Source: a candidate division WOR-3 bacterium (GTDB taxonomy: Bacteria > Hydrothermota > Hydrothermia > LBFQ01). From it: DNA of 64,000 nucleotides. Below the pieces are notes generated by a model. It saw nothing but the letters and a program-made list of their open reading frames with translations, searched no databases and was not told where the DNA came from. The translations under genes and the position numbers were made by a program. The stretch covers positions 31,282 through 95,281 of the forward strand of contig JALUCS010000093.1 in the NCBI GenBank assembly GCA_027050205.1, given 5' to 3'. Positions 50,470-58,904 of this stretch are shown here, one piece after another (positions within the stretch are counted from its first letter, which is position 1; each line of letters begins with the position of its first letter).

Positions 50470-50888
50470 CCGCCGGAGCTTCCGAAACCCCTCTCTCGCC
50501 TCTCGCTATCGGACAGCTCCCCCTCTACCACCTCCCAATCCGTTAGTTTAATAGGGACGAGTTGGGCTATCTTCTGCCCCTCCTCCACGACCACCTCCTC
50601 CCCGAAGGAGACCATAACGACCCTTATCTCACCCCTGTAGCCGTTGTCTATGACCCCCGCGAGGGTATGCACCCCCTTTAGGGCCATGGAGGAGCGGTCT
50701 TTTATGAAGGCCCCCCAGCCCTCCGGAAGTTCAACGGCTATGCCGGTGGGGATGGCGACAGGTTCCAGGGGGCGGAGTACGGCCTTAGAAAGGGCGTAGA
50801 GGTCGTAGCCGAGGTCTCCCTCGTAGGCCTTGGTGGGAAGTTTCGCCTTGGGATGCAACCGCTTCACCTTCAACTTCGGCCTGTCCAA
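50466..50888 (-). CDS. dut: dUTPase
   Basis: GYDL, RSS, GVIDNGYRGE and RGFGSSG. Confidence 0.95.
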   Translation of the reverse strand: MDRPKLKVKRLHPKAKLPTKAYEGDLGYDLYALSKAVLRPLEPVAIPTGIAVELPEGWGAFIKDRSSMALKGVHTLAGVIDNGYRGEIRVVMVSFGEEVVVEEGQKIAQLVPIKLTDWEVVEGELSDSERRERGFGSSGG

Positions 50889-51012
50889 GGGCGGGTATTG
50901 TAAGGGGGGAGGTGTTTTGTATATCTCTCCTCGGAAACTGCATCGTACAATCCGGCGGATACTCCGACGGATGTATTACGCCGGCCATCCCTCGCTGGAG
51001 GTGGCACAGCGC

Positions 51013-51111
51013 CCTTTCAAAAACCGTAAGTCTGACGTCAAAAAATCATAAGTTGCCCTTCAAGATTCTTGCAATCAAGATTCTTGCAATCCCAATTGTG
51101 GATTTTGAAAG
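51013..51111 (-). repeat. Dispersed element A copy with an internal 15-bp tandem duplication
   Basis: Reverse complement CTTTCAAAATCCACAATTGGG(ATTGCAAGAATCTTG)x2 AAGGGCAACTTATG...ACTTACGGTTTTTGAAAGG. Confidence 0.85.
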
Positions 51112-51730
51112 TAGGGTATTTCCCCGATAGGTGGATAGTTCAGAGGCTGCGTATCCGCCAAACGCCTCGTTATTCTCGGTGTGAATCTTGGCGTTGCACC
51201 TTCAATGAACGATTGTGGTCATCAACTTTTGGGGATTGTGCCGATGGTTCTACACTACAAAAACAGGCATAACTTTATCTGCAGAATACCAACTTTTGAG
51301 CGAAATTTTGTTATATTAGAATCTAAACCCAAAAATTGCGTAATTTTACAACGATAAGCCGCCGATATTACAATATTCGGTTTCATATAAAGCATCTCAA
51401 CCGAAAGTGGGGCCACCCCATTGGCCGAATACGTCCCCCTCGGAGCCTATGGCACCGTTAAAAGTCGGTATAGGAGTGTCTCACCTTTACAAAAATACGT
51501 TGAAAAGTGCGACAGTGCGATTTCCGGTGGGACGGTGGTTATAGGTCGCATCCCAAAGTTAGGGGCATACCTTTAAGGCGGCAATCCGGTTGAGTTCGTA
51601 GGAGGGCGGTTCCATCTGATTTTATGAGGTTGATAGTGTAAATGTGCCTGCGAATCCTACAGGGGTAGGAGGAGAAGGCCCGGTTTTAAGGCCCCCATTC
51701 ATAGGCGACGTTGGAGGTTAGAATATGGTG

Positions 51731-52240
51731 ATGGACCTCTTCGGCTTCCGGGTGGAGGTTGTCTTCCTCCTCGCCGGTGGTAGGCCCCTCACCTACGCCT
51801 GGCACTATACGAGAGACAGGGCGTTGAAACATCTAAGGAAGATAGCAGAGTACCACGGCATAGAGGGTGAGGTAGTTGAAGACGGCGGCCCCCTGAAGTG
51901 GTTGGAGGATGAGGTTAAGGCCGTAGTTTTAAAGGGGAAGAGGTTCATCCTGCCCGATTTCCCGTACAGGCACCGGGAGGTGTATGAGGCCTTACTGCGG
52001 ATACCGAGGGGGCAGGTAAGGACCTACGGTGAGGTGGCCAAGGAGATCGTCGTCCCTTTCCCTACCCTCCTAACCGCCCTTATGAGGAAGCCCTTCCAGA
52101 TCCTGATCCCCTGTCATAGGCTCATAACCTCCAAGGGTACCCTTATGGGCTTCTACCCCCTCGGAAGGGAGGTAAAGGGGAGGCTGCTGTGTGTTGAGAG
52201 GGCTATCAGATGTAGTCCTCCCTCCGGACGACGTTCCTAA
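51731..52240 (+). CDS. Methylated-DNA--protein-cysteine methyltransferase (MGMT/Ogt family)
   Basis: IPRGQVRTYGEVA and active-site PCHR. ATG 51731 lies 6 nt after TAGAAT. Confidence 0.8.
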   Translation: MDLFGFRVEVVFLLAGGRPLTYAWHYTRDRALKHLRKIAEYHGIEGEVVEDGGPLKWLEDEVKAVVLKGKRFILPDFPYRHREVYEALLRIPRGQVRTYGEVAKEIVVPFPTLLTALMRKPFQILIPCHRLITSKGTLMGFYPLGREVKGRLLCVERAIRCSPPSGRRS

Positions 52241-53174
52241 CCCTCCCGGTCGTAAGGAAGTCCCTGACGTTCTCCACTGCCCTCCTCAACGCCCTTTCAA
52301 ACATCCCCGGTACTATGTTGGAGTTGTGGGGGGAGCCGAGGAAGTTCTCCAACTCAAAGAAGGGGTAATCTACGGAGAAAGGCTCACCCTTAAAAGGCTC
52401 CCTCCACCAGACGTCAAGGCCGGCTTGGAAGTTCGGGTTCTCCTTCAGATGCTCGTACAGGTCCCTCTGGTTGATGATCTCCGCACGGGCGACGTTTATC
52501 AGGATGGCGTCCCGTTTCATCAGGTTCAGCTCGCGGCGGGTGATGAGGTTCCGGGTCTCCTTGGTGAGGGGTAGGGAGATGACGAGGACGTCCGAGACCT
52601 TCAGGACGTGATCCAGGTCTTTCAAAGTACCTACGAAGGCCACAGGCTCGTCCGTCCTACCGGAGCGGTTTATGGCAAAGACCTTCATATCAAAGCACCG
52701 AAAGGCGCGGGCGACGGCCTTACCTATGCCGCCGAAACCGAGGATGCCGAGGTTCTTCCCCCTTATCTCCTTGTTGAGGCTGACGCGGTCGTATATCCCC
52801 TTCGCCAGCTTGAGGTGGTTGGGCAAGAGCCTCTTCGCCAGGGCGAGGACCATACCCATAACATGCTCGGCCATGGGTTCGGCGTAGGCCCCGGCGTTGC
52901 TGGCCACTATCACACCTTCGGGTATCTCCCCAAACGGTACGTGGTCCACGCCGGCCCATATGATCTGGAGGAGCTTGACACCTTTGAGGAGGGAGAGGTC
53001 TCCTATCTCCGCATCGGGGTAGATGGATATTACAGCCTCTGCGCCCTTTAGGGCCTCCGCCCTCTTTTCCTCCGGTATCTCCCGGAGATAAACGACCTCG
53101 GCTACACCCTTCAAAACCTCCCCTATCACCCGCTTGTGGTCCTCCTTCGCATCAAAGGAGACGACGACCTTCAT
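52206..53174 (-). CDS. D-2-hydroxyacid dehydrogenase
   Basis: AGVDH, GFGGIG, INVAR, LDVW and SPH. Confidence 0.92.
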   Translation of the reverse strand: MKVVVSFDAKEDHKRVIGEVLKGVAEVVYLREIPEEKRAEALKGAEAVISIYPDAEIGDLSLLKGVKLLQIIWAGVDHVPFGEIPEGVIVASNAGAYAEPMAEHVMGMVLALAKRLLPNHLKLAKGIYDRVSLNKEIRGKNLGILGFGGIGKAVARAFRCFDMKVFAINRSGRTDEPVAFVGTLKDLDHVLKVSDVLVISLPLTKETRNLITRRELNLMKRDAILINVARAEIINQRDLYEHLKENPNFQAGLDVWWREPFKGEPFSVDYPFFELENFLGSPHNSNIVPGMFERALRRAVENVRDFLTTGRVRNVVRREDYI

Positions 53175-53209
53175 AAGAGGGGTATTCTAAGCGGGGAGGC
53201 CTTACCCTA

Positions 53210-53225
53210 TGTTTCACGTGAAACA
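53210..53225. promoter_or_regulatory. parS centromere-like site
   Basis: Perfect 16-bp palindrome TGTTTCACGTGAAACA matching the bacterial ParB-binding consensus, in an intergenic gap. Confidence 0.92.
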
Positions 53226-53227
53226 TT

Positions 53228-54028
53228 TTAAACCACCTTCAGTTTTTGCAGGATCTTCATCACCTCCTCCGCCCACCCCTTCGGCCCCATACACTTCGCC
53301 CTAATGAGGTTGGGGACGGAAACGGGGGCGTACCCCCTCTTCGGGTTGGGTATGAGAACGGGAATATCCACCTCCCTTAGCATATCCTCGTCGTTCTCGC
53401 TGTCCCCAAGGCCTACCGTAAGGACGGGTTCCCCGAAGGTTTCCTTAACCACCTTAACCACCACCCCCTTACCCTGTCGGGCATCTACGAGGTGGTAGAA
53501 CCTCCCACCCCTCAAGACCCTGTACCCGTTCCTCTCCGCCACCTCAACGAACTCCTTTAACTTCCCCTCGTCCTTGGCGATGAAAGGCTCCGTGTAGTCC
53601 CTCCTCCTCATCATCTCAAGGGCCTCCCCCTTGAGGCCCGTAAGCCTCTCCAGGTCCTCAACGTCCATGTCCCCCATCCCCACCAAACCGTACTCTCCGG
53701 CGTACCTCTCAAAGAAGGCCCTGACCTCCTCGTAGGGCCTACCGAGTATAAGGACGCAGAAGCCCTCCCCTACCCTCCTACACCCCTCCGGTAGGGGTTG
53801 AAAGTCCTCCGGGAAGAATACGGCGGCCCCGTTCTCAACGGCGAAGGGGGAGGTGAGGCCTATGTCCCTTAGGAGATGGCGGGTCTCGGCGTACGTCTTA
53901 CTGGTCACCGGTATTACGGGTATGCTTAGGGCCTTCAGGAGGGATAGGATGGGGGCGGCCTCCTCCCAGGAGTACGTGAAGTGGTCAATGAGGGTCCCAT
54001 CCAGATCGGTAAATATGGCCACCTTCAT
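53228..54028 (-). CDS. mpgP: Mannosyl-3-phosphoglycerate phosphatase-like HAD-IIB
   Basis: FTDLDGTL, TSKT, ENGA, GGRFYH and GLGDSEND. Confidence 0.85.
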   Translation of the reverse strand: MKVAIFTDLDGTLIDHFTYSWEEAAPILSLLKALSIPVIPVTSKTYAETRHLLRDIGLTSPFAVENGAAVFFPEDFQPLPEGCRRVGEGFCVLILGRPYEEVRAFFERYAGEYGLVGMGDMDVEDLERLTGLKGEALEMMRRRDYTEPFIAKDEGKLKEFVEVAERNGYRVLRGGRFYHLVDARQGKGVVVKVVKETFGEPVLTVGLGDSENDEDMLREVDIPVLIPNPKRGYAPVSVPNLIRAKCMGPKGWAEEVMKILQKLKVV

Positions 54029-54055
54029 AACGGTTTAGATTGTAAGGCCGGTTGG

Positions 54056-55972
54056 CTATCCCTCTCCGGCTTTCCGCTCGTCGCTAAGGCTCTCCAAGAC
54101 CGCTCCCCCTATGGCGGCCGTGTTGAAGTTCACCCTCTCCATATCGGAGAGGAGGTCCAGATACACCTCCCCCGACTGGGCGTTGGATACGTCTATCCTC
54201 GTGTAGAACTCCTTCCTCTTGCGGTCAAGGAGGGCCTTCACCTCCTTTGCCCTCGCCAGAAGTTCCTTGGCCTTCTCCGGGTCCCAGGTCGTGAGGACGA
54301 CCATAGCGAGGGCGAGGGTCTTCATAACCTCCGAGTGCATCTCCTTTATTCCGGACAGCTCCTCCTCCGTTAGGCTTATGCCCTCCTTGTACAACTTCTC
54401 AACGTTCCGCACGATGGACTTAGAGATTATGTCGCCTATGTTTTCAATCTCCTCCATTATCTGGGCGAGGGCCACCACCCGCTTGCCCGTCTCCCCCGTC
54501 AGGCCGTGGGCCATCACCTTTGAGACGTAGGCGTTTATGGTCTCCTCCGCCCTGTCTATCTCGTCGTCCATGCTGGCCACCCTCTCAAACACGGCCGGAC
54601 TCCGGGTCCTTATCGCCTCGTACACGTCCTGAAACATCCTCATAGCGACGTTGAGGGCGTCGGATATGACCTTCTCCATATAGACCAACAGGAATTCGGG
54701 GTCATCGTATATCACGGCGCGGGAGACCCTCTCCTTTATCGGAGACTCCATCCTCCAGAGGGAACGGACGTAGGTCAGGGGTACGACTATGGCGGCGAAG
54801 AGGAGGTTGTAGTATATGTGGGAGAGGGCTATGTTCTTACTCAAGTCCCTCACCCATATGGCCAGCGAGGGGGCGTAGGGGACGGTCGGCAGGAGGGCGA
54901 GGGAGAGGGCCGTCCTTCCGAGTAGGTTTATCAGGGCGACCCTACGGGCCACCCGCGAGAGCTGGGCGGAGGCCAGTACGGCCGTGAAGGCTGTCCCTAT
55001 GTTGGCGCCGAGGACGACGGCCAAGGCTCCGGGGAAGGTTATTATCCCGGCGAAGGCCATGGAGAGGGCTATACCTATGGTTAGGGCGGAGGAATGCACC
55101 AGGGCGGCGAAGACCGCCGAGGTGACCAGCATCAAGAGGACGTTGTTGGAGATATCGTGGATGAAGGCGATGACGTAGGGGATGGAGGACATATCGGCGA
55201 AGGTGCTTCCCATCTGCCATATTCCGAAGAAGGCCAGACCGAAGCCGAAGAGGGCGCGGCCGTAATGCTCGTAGACCTGCGTAAACCTCTCAAGGTAGTA
55301 CCCCAGGGCCATCATTACGATGGCGACGTAGGTGAAGCCGAGGGACAGGATACCTACCGTGAAGGTGGTACCCACCCCCGCCCCGGCGTTCATGGCCATG
55401 GCGGAGGCCGGCGTGAGGAAGCCGAGGTCGGTTAGGGAGACCACCATAACCGTAACGGCCGTGGAGGACTGGAAACCGAGGGCTGCTATGAGGCCACCGA
55501 GGGCGGCTAAGAGGGGACTCCGGGATAGACGGGTGAGTAGGGTCCTCGTCCATCCCCCTACGGCTCTCATTATACCCGTTGAACCCCGATTGAGGCCAAA
55601 CATAAAGAGGACGAACCCCCCCAGAAGCTCCAAAAGCTTAACTATCCAGTAGTTCTTCCGCAGTATCCTCCCTCTGAAAGTCAGGGAGGTGTCCTCCGTG
55701 GATGCCACGATCCTGACACGGGAGGGTTTGAGGGGTTTAGGCGGTTCGTACACCGCCGTACTGTCGGCCCCCACCCGCACCCTTCGGAGGTCTATCGTAT
55801 CCCCCATATAGGTGAAGGAGACCTCACACCCCGGCCCGCTCTTAACCCGTACGGGCTTGAACCTCTCCCCCACCGTAACCACCTGGTTGTCCCCGGAGAG
55901 GTCCACGTTGTAGAGGGTGTCGTACACCCTAAAGAGGGGACACCCCACACCTACGAGCGACAGCAGGAGCAT
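54056..55972 (-). CDS. Na+/Pi cotransporter with N-terminal Ig-like extension and C-terminal PhoU domain
   Basis: QSSTAVT and HSSA repeats, GANIGT, and a PhoU-like helical C-terminus (DDEID, ENIGD). Confidence 0.88.
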   Translation of the reverse strand: MLLLSLVGVGCPLFRVYDTLYNVDLSGDNQVVTVGERFKPVRVKSGPGCEVSFTYMGDTIDLRRVRVGADSTAVYEPPKPLKPSRVRIVASTEDTSLTFRGRILRKNYWIVKLLELLGGFVLFMFGLNRGSTGIMRAVGGWTRTLLTRLSRSPLLAALGGLIAALGFQSSTAVTVMVVSLTDLGFLTPASAMAMNAGAGVGTTFTVGILSLGFTYVAIVMMALGYYLERFTQVYEHYGRALFGFGLAFFGIWQMGSTFADMSSIPYVIAFIHDISNNVLLMLVTSAVFAALVHSSALTIGIALSMAFAGIITFPGALAVVLGANIGTAFTAVLASAQLSRVARRVALINLLGRTALSLALLPTVPYAPSLAIWVRDLSKNIALSHIYYNLLFAAIVVPLTYVRSLWRMESPIKERVSRAVIYDDPEFLLVYMEKVISDALNVAMRMFQDVYEAIRTRSPAVFERVASMDDEIDRAEETINAYVSKVMAHGLTGETGKRVVALAQIMEEIENIGDIISKSIVRNVEKLYKEGISLTEEELSGIKEMHSEVMKTLALAMVVLTTWDPEKAKELLARAKEVKALLDRKRKEFYTRIDVSNAQSGEVYLDLLSDMERVNFNTAAIGGAVLESLSDERKAGEG

Positions 55973-55981
55973 AGGTCCCCT

Positions 55982-56356
55982 TTACGTATCCCTCCAGAGC
56001 CTCCGGACCACCGCACCGCCCGACAGGAGTCCGACGAGGAAGAGGAGGGGAACAAGGAAGTACTTACCGGTCAGCCTGTAGGACCAGAAGGCACCGGCGG
56101 TATAGACGGAGAGGTACATCATAGAGTTCAGGAGGGCCATGTAGGTGGAAAGGGGTATCCTGTCCTTGAGGGGCTGAAGTCTCCTGTGAAGGTACTCGTT
56201 CAGCTTCTCAAGTCCATAATCTGCTGCGAAGACCATCAATATAGGGACGATGGCGTAGAGGGAACAGAGTTCTCCGACTTCTAAACTCCGTACAAGGTAC
56301 GAAAAAACACTGGCGAGGAGCAGGTAAGGTACCCCGAAGACCAGTAGGGACGTCAA
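55982..56356 (-). CDS. Hypothetical membrane protein
   Basis: Four hydrophobic segments, within an operon. Confidence 0.55.
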   Translation of the reverse strand: MTSLLVFGVPYLLLASVFSYLVRSLEVGELCSLYAIVPILMVFAADYGLEKLNEYLHRRLQPLKDRIPLSTYMALLNSMMYLSVYTAGAFWSYRLTGKYFLVPLLFLVGLLSGGAVVRRLWRDT

Positions 56357-56357
56357 C

Positions 56358-56717
56358 TCACTCCAACCATATGAGGATTATGCCGCAGTTCGGGCAGGTT
56401 ACGACCTCGTCGTCTCTGGGGGTTAGGGAGGCGGGCAGGGCGGCGAAGCAGTTGGTACACATATGGTTCACGACGCGGGTTATTCCCCTACCGTACCTCC
56501 TCTTCAGCATTTCGTACCTTTGATAGGTTACGGGATCGGCCTTGAGGAGTTCCTTTGCCAGCTCGTTCCGTTTCCTCTCCAGATCTGCTATCCTCTCCTC
56601 CTCAACCTTCAAGCCCGTTTTGGCCTCGTACTCCGGGTCCTTAACCTGCTGGATGAGGAGGTCCAGATCCTGGAGGAGGTAGAGCTTGCGCAGGTATTCC
56701 CTCTTACTCATGGTCAT
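56358..56717 (-). CDS. C4-type zinc-ribbon protein (short DUF164-like)
   Basis: LQDLD N-terminus and CTNC...CPNC. Confidence 0.8.
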   Translation of the reverse strand: MTMSKREYLRKLYLLQDLDLLIQQVKDPEYEAKTGLKVEEERIADLERKRNELAKELLKADPVTYQRYEMLKRRYGRGITRVVNHMCTNCFAALPASLTPRDDEVVTCPNCGIILIWLE

Positions 56718-57159
56718 GCTCTAAGATGTAGTCTATCAGCTCCTTGGGTGAGGAGAAGTCCGTCCTTATCTCCCCTTCGTGGGCTATGGCCCTAGACACC
56801 CTCGCTATGGAACCGAGGGCGGTCAGGTACTTCATAGACGGGTCGTTGGGGGTGGCTATGAGCATAAAGAAGAGGTGAACGGGCTTACCGTCAAGGGAGT
56901 CGAAGTCCACCCCCTCCTTTGAGACCCCCACTACGAGGGTTATGTTATCCACGACGATGCTCCGGGAGTGGGGTATGGCTATACCCTTCCCTATGCCCGT
57001 CGACCCCAGGATCTCCCGCTGCATCAGGGACTTGAAGAGGATCTCCTTCTTCTCCTCGGAGAGATCCAGGACGTCTACCAACTCCTTGAGCGCCTCCTCC
57101 TTCGTCTTGGCCTTCATATCAAGGATGACGCGGTCTTCTCTCAAAAGCTCCTTGAGCAT
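56704..57159 (-). CDS. PTS EIIA component (Ntr/Fru type)
   Basis: RE...STGIGKGIAIPH and FDSLDGKP. ATG 57159 follows AAGGAGGT. Confidence 0.9.
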   Translation of the reverse strand: MLKELLREDRVILDMKAKTKEEALKELVDVLDLSEEKKEILFKSLMQREILGSTGIGKGIAIPHSRSIVVDNITLVVGVSKEGVDFDSLDGKPVHLFFMLIATPNDPSMKYLTALGSIARVSRAIAHEGEIRTDFSSPKELIDYILEHDHE

Positions 57160-57161
57160 CT

Positions 57162-57872
57162 CTATACCTCCTTTTTTTCTTCTTTCTCCAACCTTACAAG
57201 GAGGGGGTCGGGTATCCCGACCTCCGCGAAGGCTTCGGCCCTCTGTACACACGTGGGACACTTACCGCAGGGCTTCCCATCAACTGGGGAGTAGCAGGAC
57301 CACGTCCACTCGTAAGGCACACCCAACTTCAGACCCAACCGGATTATGTCGGGCTTCTTTAGACCTACGAGGGGGGTATGCACCCTTATGCGGAGCTTTC
57401 GGTCAAAGGCTAGGGAAGATCCGGCGTTCAGAAGGGCCTCAAGGGCCGACGCCCATTCGGGGCGGGTGTCGGGGTAGTTGGGTACGTCCGAGGCGTGCAC
57501 CCCTATGACGAGGTCTGTAATACCGTAGACCTCCATGTACGCCCCCGCCACAACCCCGAATACGGAGTTCCTTAGGGGTACGTAGGTGGATATGGTCCCT
57601 TCGGGTGGATAGGGTCCCTCCGGGACCTCCATCTTCTCATCGGTTAAGGCCGACCCCCCTACCCTCTTCAGAAAGGTCAGGTCTACGAGTATATGCTCCC
57701 TGACCCCAGCCATCTCCGCCAGCTTCTTGGCGTACTCCAACTCCACCGAGTGCCTCTGACCGTACAGGAAGGTCAGGGCATACACCTCCTCAAACTTCCC
57801 CTTCGCCCACCACAGGGCGGTCGCGGAGTCTATCCCGCCCGAAAGCAGGACGATACACCTACCGTTCTCCAT
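57162..57872 (-). CDS. queC: 7-cyano-7-deazaguanine synthase
   Basis: LSGGIDS, YGQRH, YVPLRN, YPD and TWSCY...CGKCPTC. Confidence 0.96.
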   Translation of the reverse strand: MENGRCIVLLSGGIDSATALWWAKGKFEEVYALTFLYGQRHSVELEYAKKLAEMAGVREHILVDLTFLKRVGGSALTDEKMEVPEGPYPPEGTISTYVPLRNSVFGVVAGAYMEVYGITDLVIGVHASDVPNYPDTRPEWASALEALLNAGSSLAFDRKLRIRVHTPLVGLKKPDIIRLGLKLGVPYEWTWSCYSPVDGKPCGKCPTCVQRAEAFAEVGIPDPLLVRLEKEEKKEV

Positions 57873-57945
57873 ATAGCAGAAACTTGATATTATAGGGTGG
57901 AAGGGACGGGGTTAGAATTCCGACATCCGGGATAAGGATAGGTTC

Positions 57946-58572
57946 GTGAAGGCGTTCCTAAGGCTCCTCTGTGCCTTCGGTCCCCAGAGGTGGTGGCCGA
58001 GGGTGTGGCGAGGGGGTAACTTCCGGGACGAGGTGGTGGTGGGGGCCGTCCTGACGCAGGGGACGAGCTGGAGCAACGTTGAGAGGGCGTTGAGGAACCT
58101 GGAGGAGGCGGGGATAAGGGATCTGGAGGCCATCCACAACACTCCGGACGAAGAGCTGGACCTCCTCCTGAAGCCGGCCGTGTATGTCAGGAGAAAGGTG
58201 AGGACCCTGAAGGAGCTTTACCCTATTATCTACGGAAGGAAGGAGCCACCGAAGAGGGAGGAGCTGCTGAAGGTCTTCGGCATAGGGGAGGAGACGGCCG
58301 ACGTTATCCTCCTGTACGCCTACGGCGTACCCGTGGTGGTTCTGGACGGATACACCCGTAGGTGGGCGGAGAGGTTCTTCGGTAGGGAGGTGAGGGACGA
58401 GGAGCTGCGGAACCTCCTTATGATCTGGAGAGATACCTTCTACCTGAAGGAGCTACACGCCCTCCTGGACGAGTTGGGGAAGAGGTACTGCCGTAAGGTG
58501 CCGCGGTGTGAGGACTGCCCCCTCGCCCCCCTGTGCCGCTATCCCCATACTACTCGCCCTTCCGGTCTATAA
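57946..58572 (+). CDS. Endonuclease III-like HhH-GPD protein
   Basis: WWP, GAVLTQ, GIGEETAD and a C-x4-C-x2-C-x5-C Fe-S motif. Confidence 0.88.
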   Translation: MKAFLRLLCAFGPQRWWPRVWRGGNFRDEVVVGAVLTQGTSWSNVERALRNLEEAGIRDLEAIHNTPDEELDLLLKPAVYVRRKVRTLKELYPIIYGRKEPPKREELLKVFGIGEETADVILLYAYGVPVVVLDGYTRRWAERFFGREVRDEELRNLLMIWRDTFYLKELHALLDELGKRYCRKVPRCEDCPLAPLCRYPHTTRPSGL

Positions 58573-58603
58573 TACTTTACCGCCAAAAAGGAGGTAGAAG
58601 ACC

Positions 58604-58861
58604 ATGGCATACGTCATAACCGAACCCTGTAAGGGCGTTAAGTCTGCGGAGTGCGTCAACGTATGTCCCGTTGACGCGATACACCCCCGCCCCGACGAGC
58701 CGGAGTTTGAGAGCGTGGACATGCTCTACATCAACCCCGACGAGTGCATAGAGTGCGGAGCCTGTGCCTCCGTGTGTCCGGTGAACGCCATCTTCCACGA
58801 GGCCGACGTCCCCGAGGAGTACCAGCAGTACATAGAGATCAACGCCAAGTACTTCCAGTAG
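58604..58861 (+). CDS. Dicluster ferredoxin
   Basis: C-x7-CVNVCP and CIECGACASVCP. AAGGAGGT Shine-Dalgarno. Confidence 0.93.
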   Translation: MAYVITEPCKGVKSAECVNVCPVDAIHPRPDEPEFESVDMLYINPDECIECGACASVCPVNAIFHEADVPEEYQQYIEINAKYFQ

Positions 58862-58868
58862 GGGAGAT

Positions 58869-58892
58869 GGGGGGCGCAAGCCCCCCGCTTTT
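58869..58892 (+). terminator. Probable terminator after ferredoxin
   Basis: GGGGGGC-GCAA-GCCCCCC followed by GCTTTT. Confidence 0.65.
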
Positions 58893-58904
58893 ATACAGAC
58901 AGGG

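Noticed and set aside
57245..57260. Second parS-like CACGTG site
   Set aside because: Too many mismatches to the palindrome, and it lies within queC.
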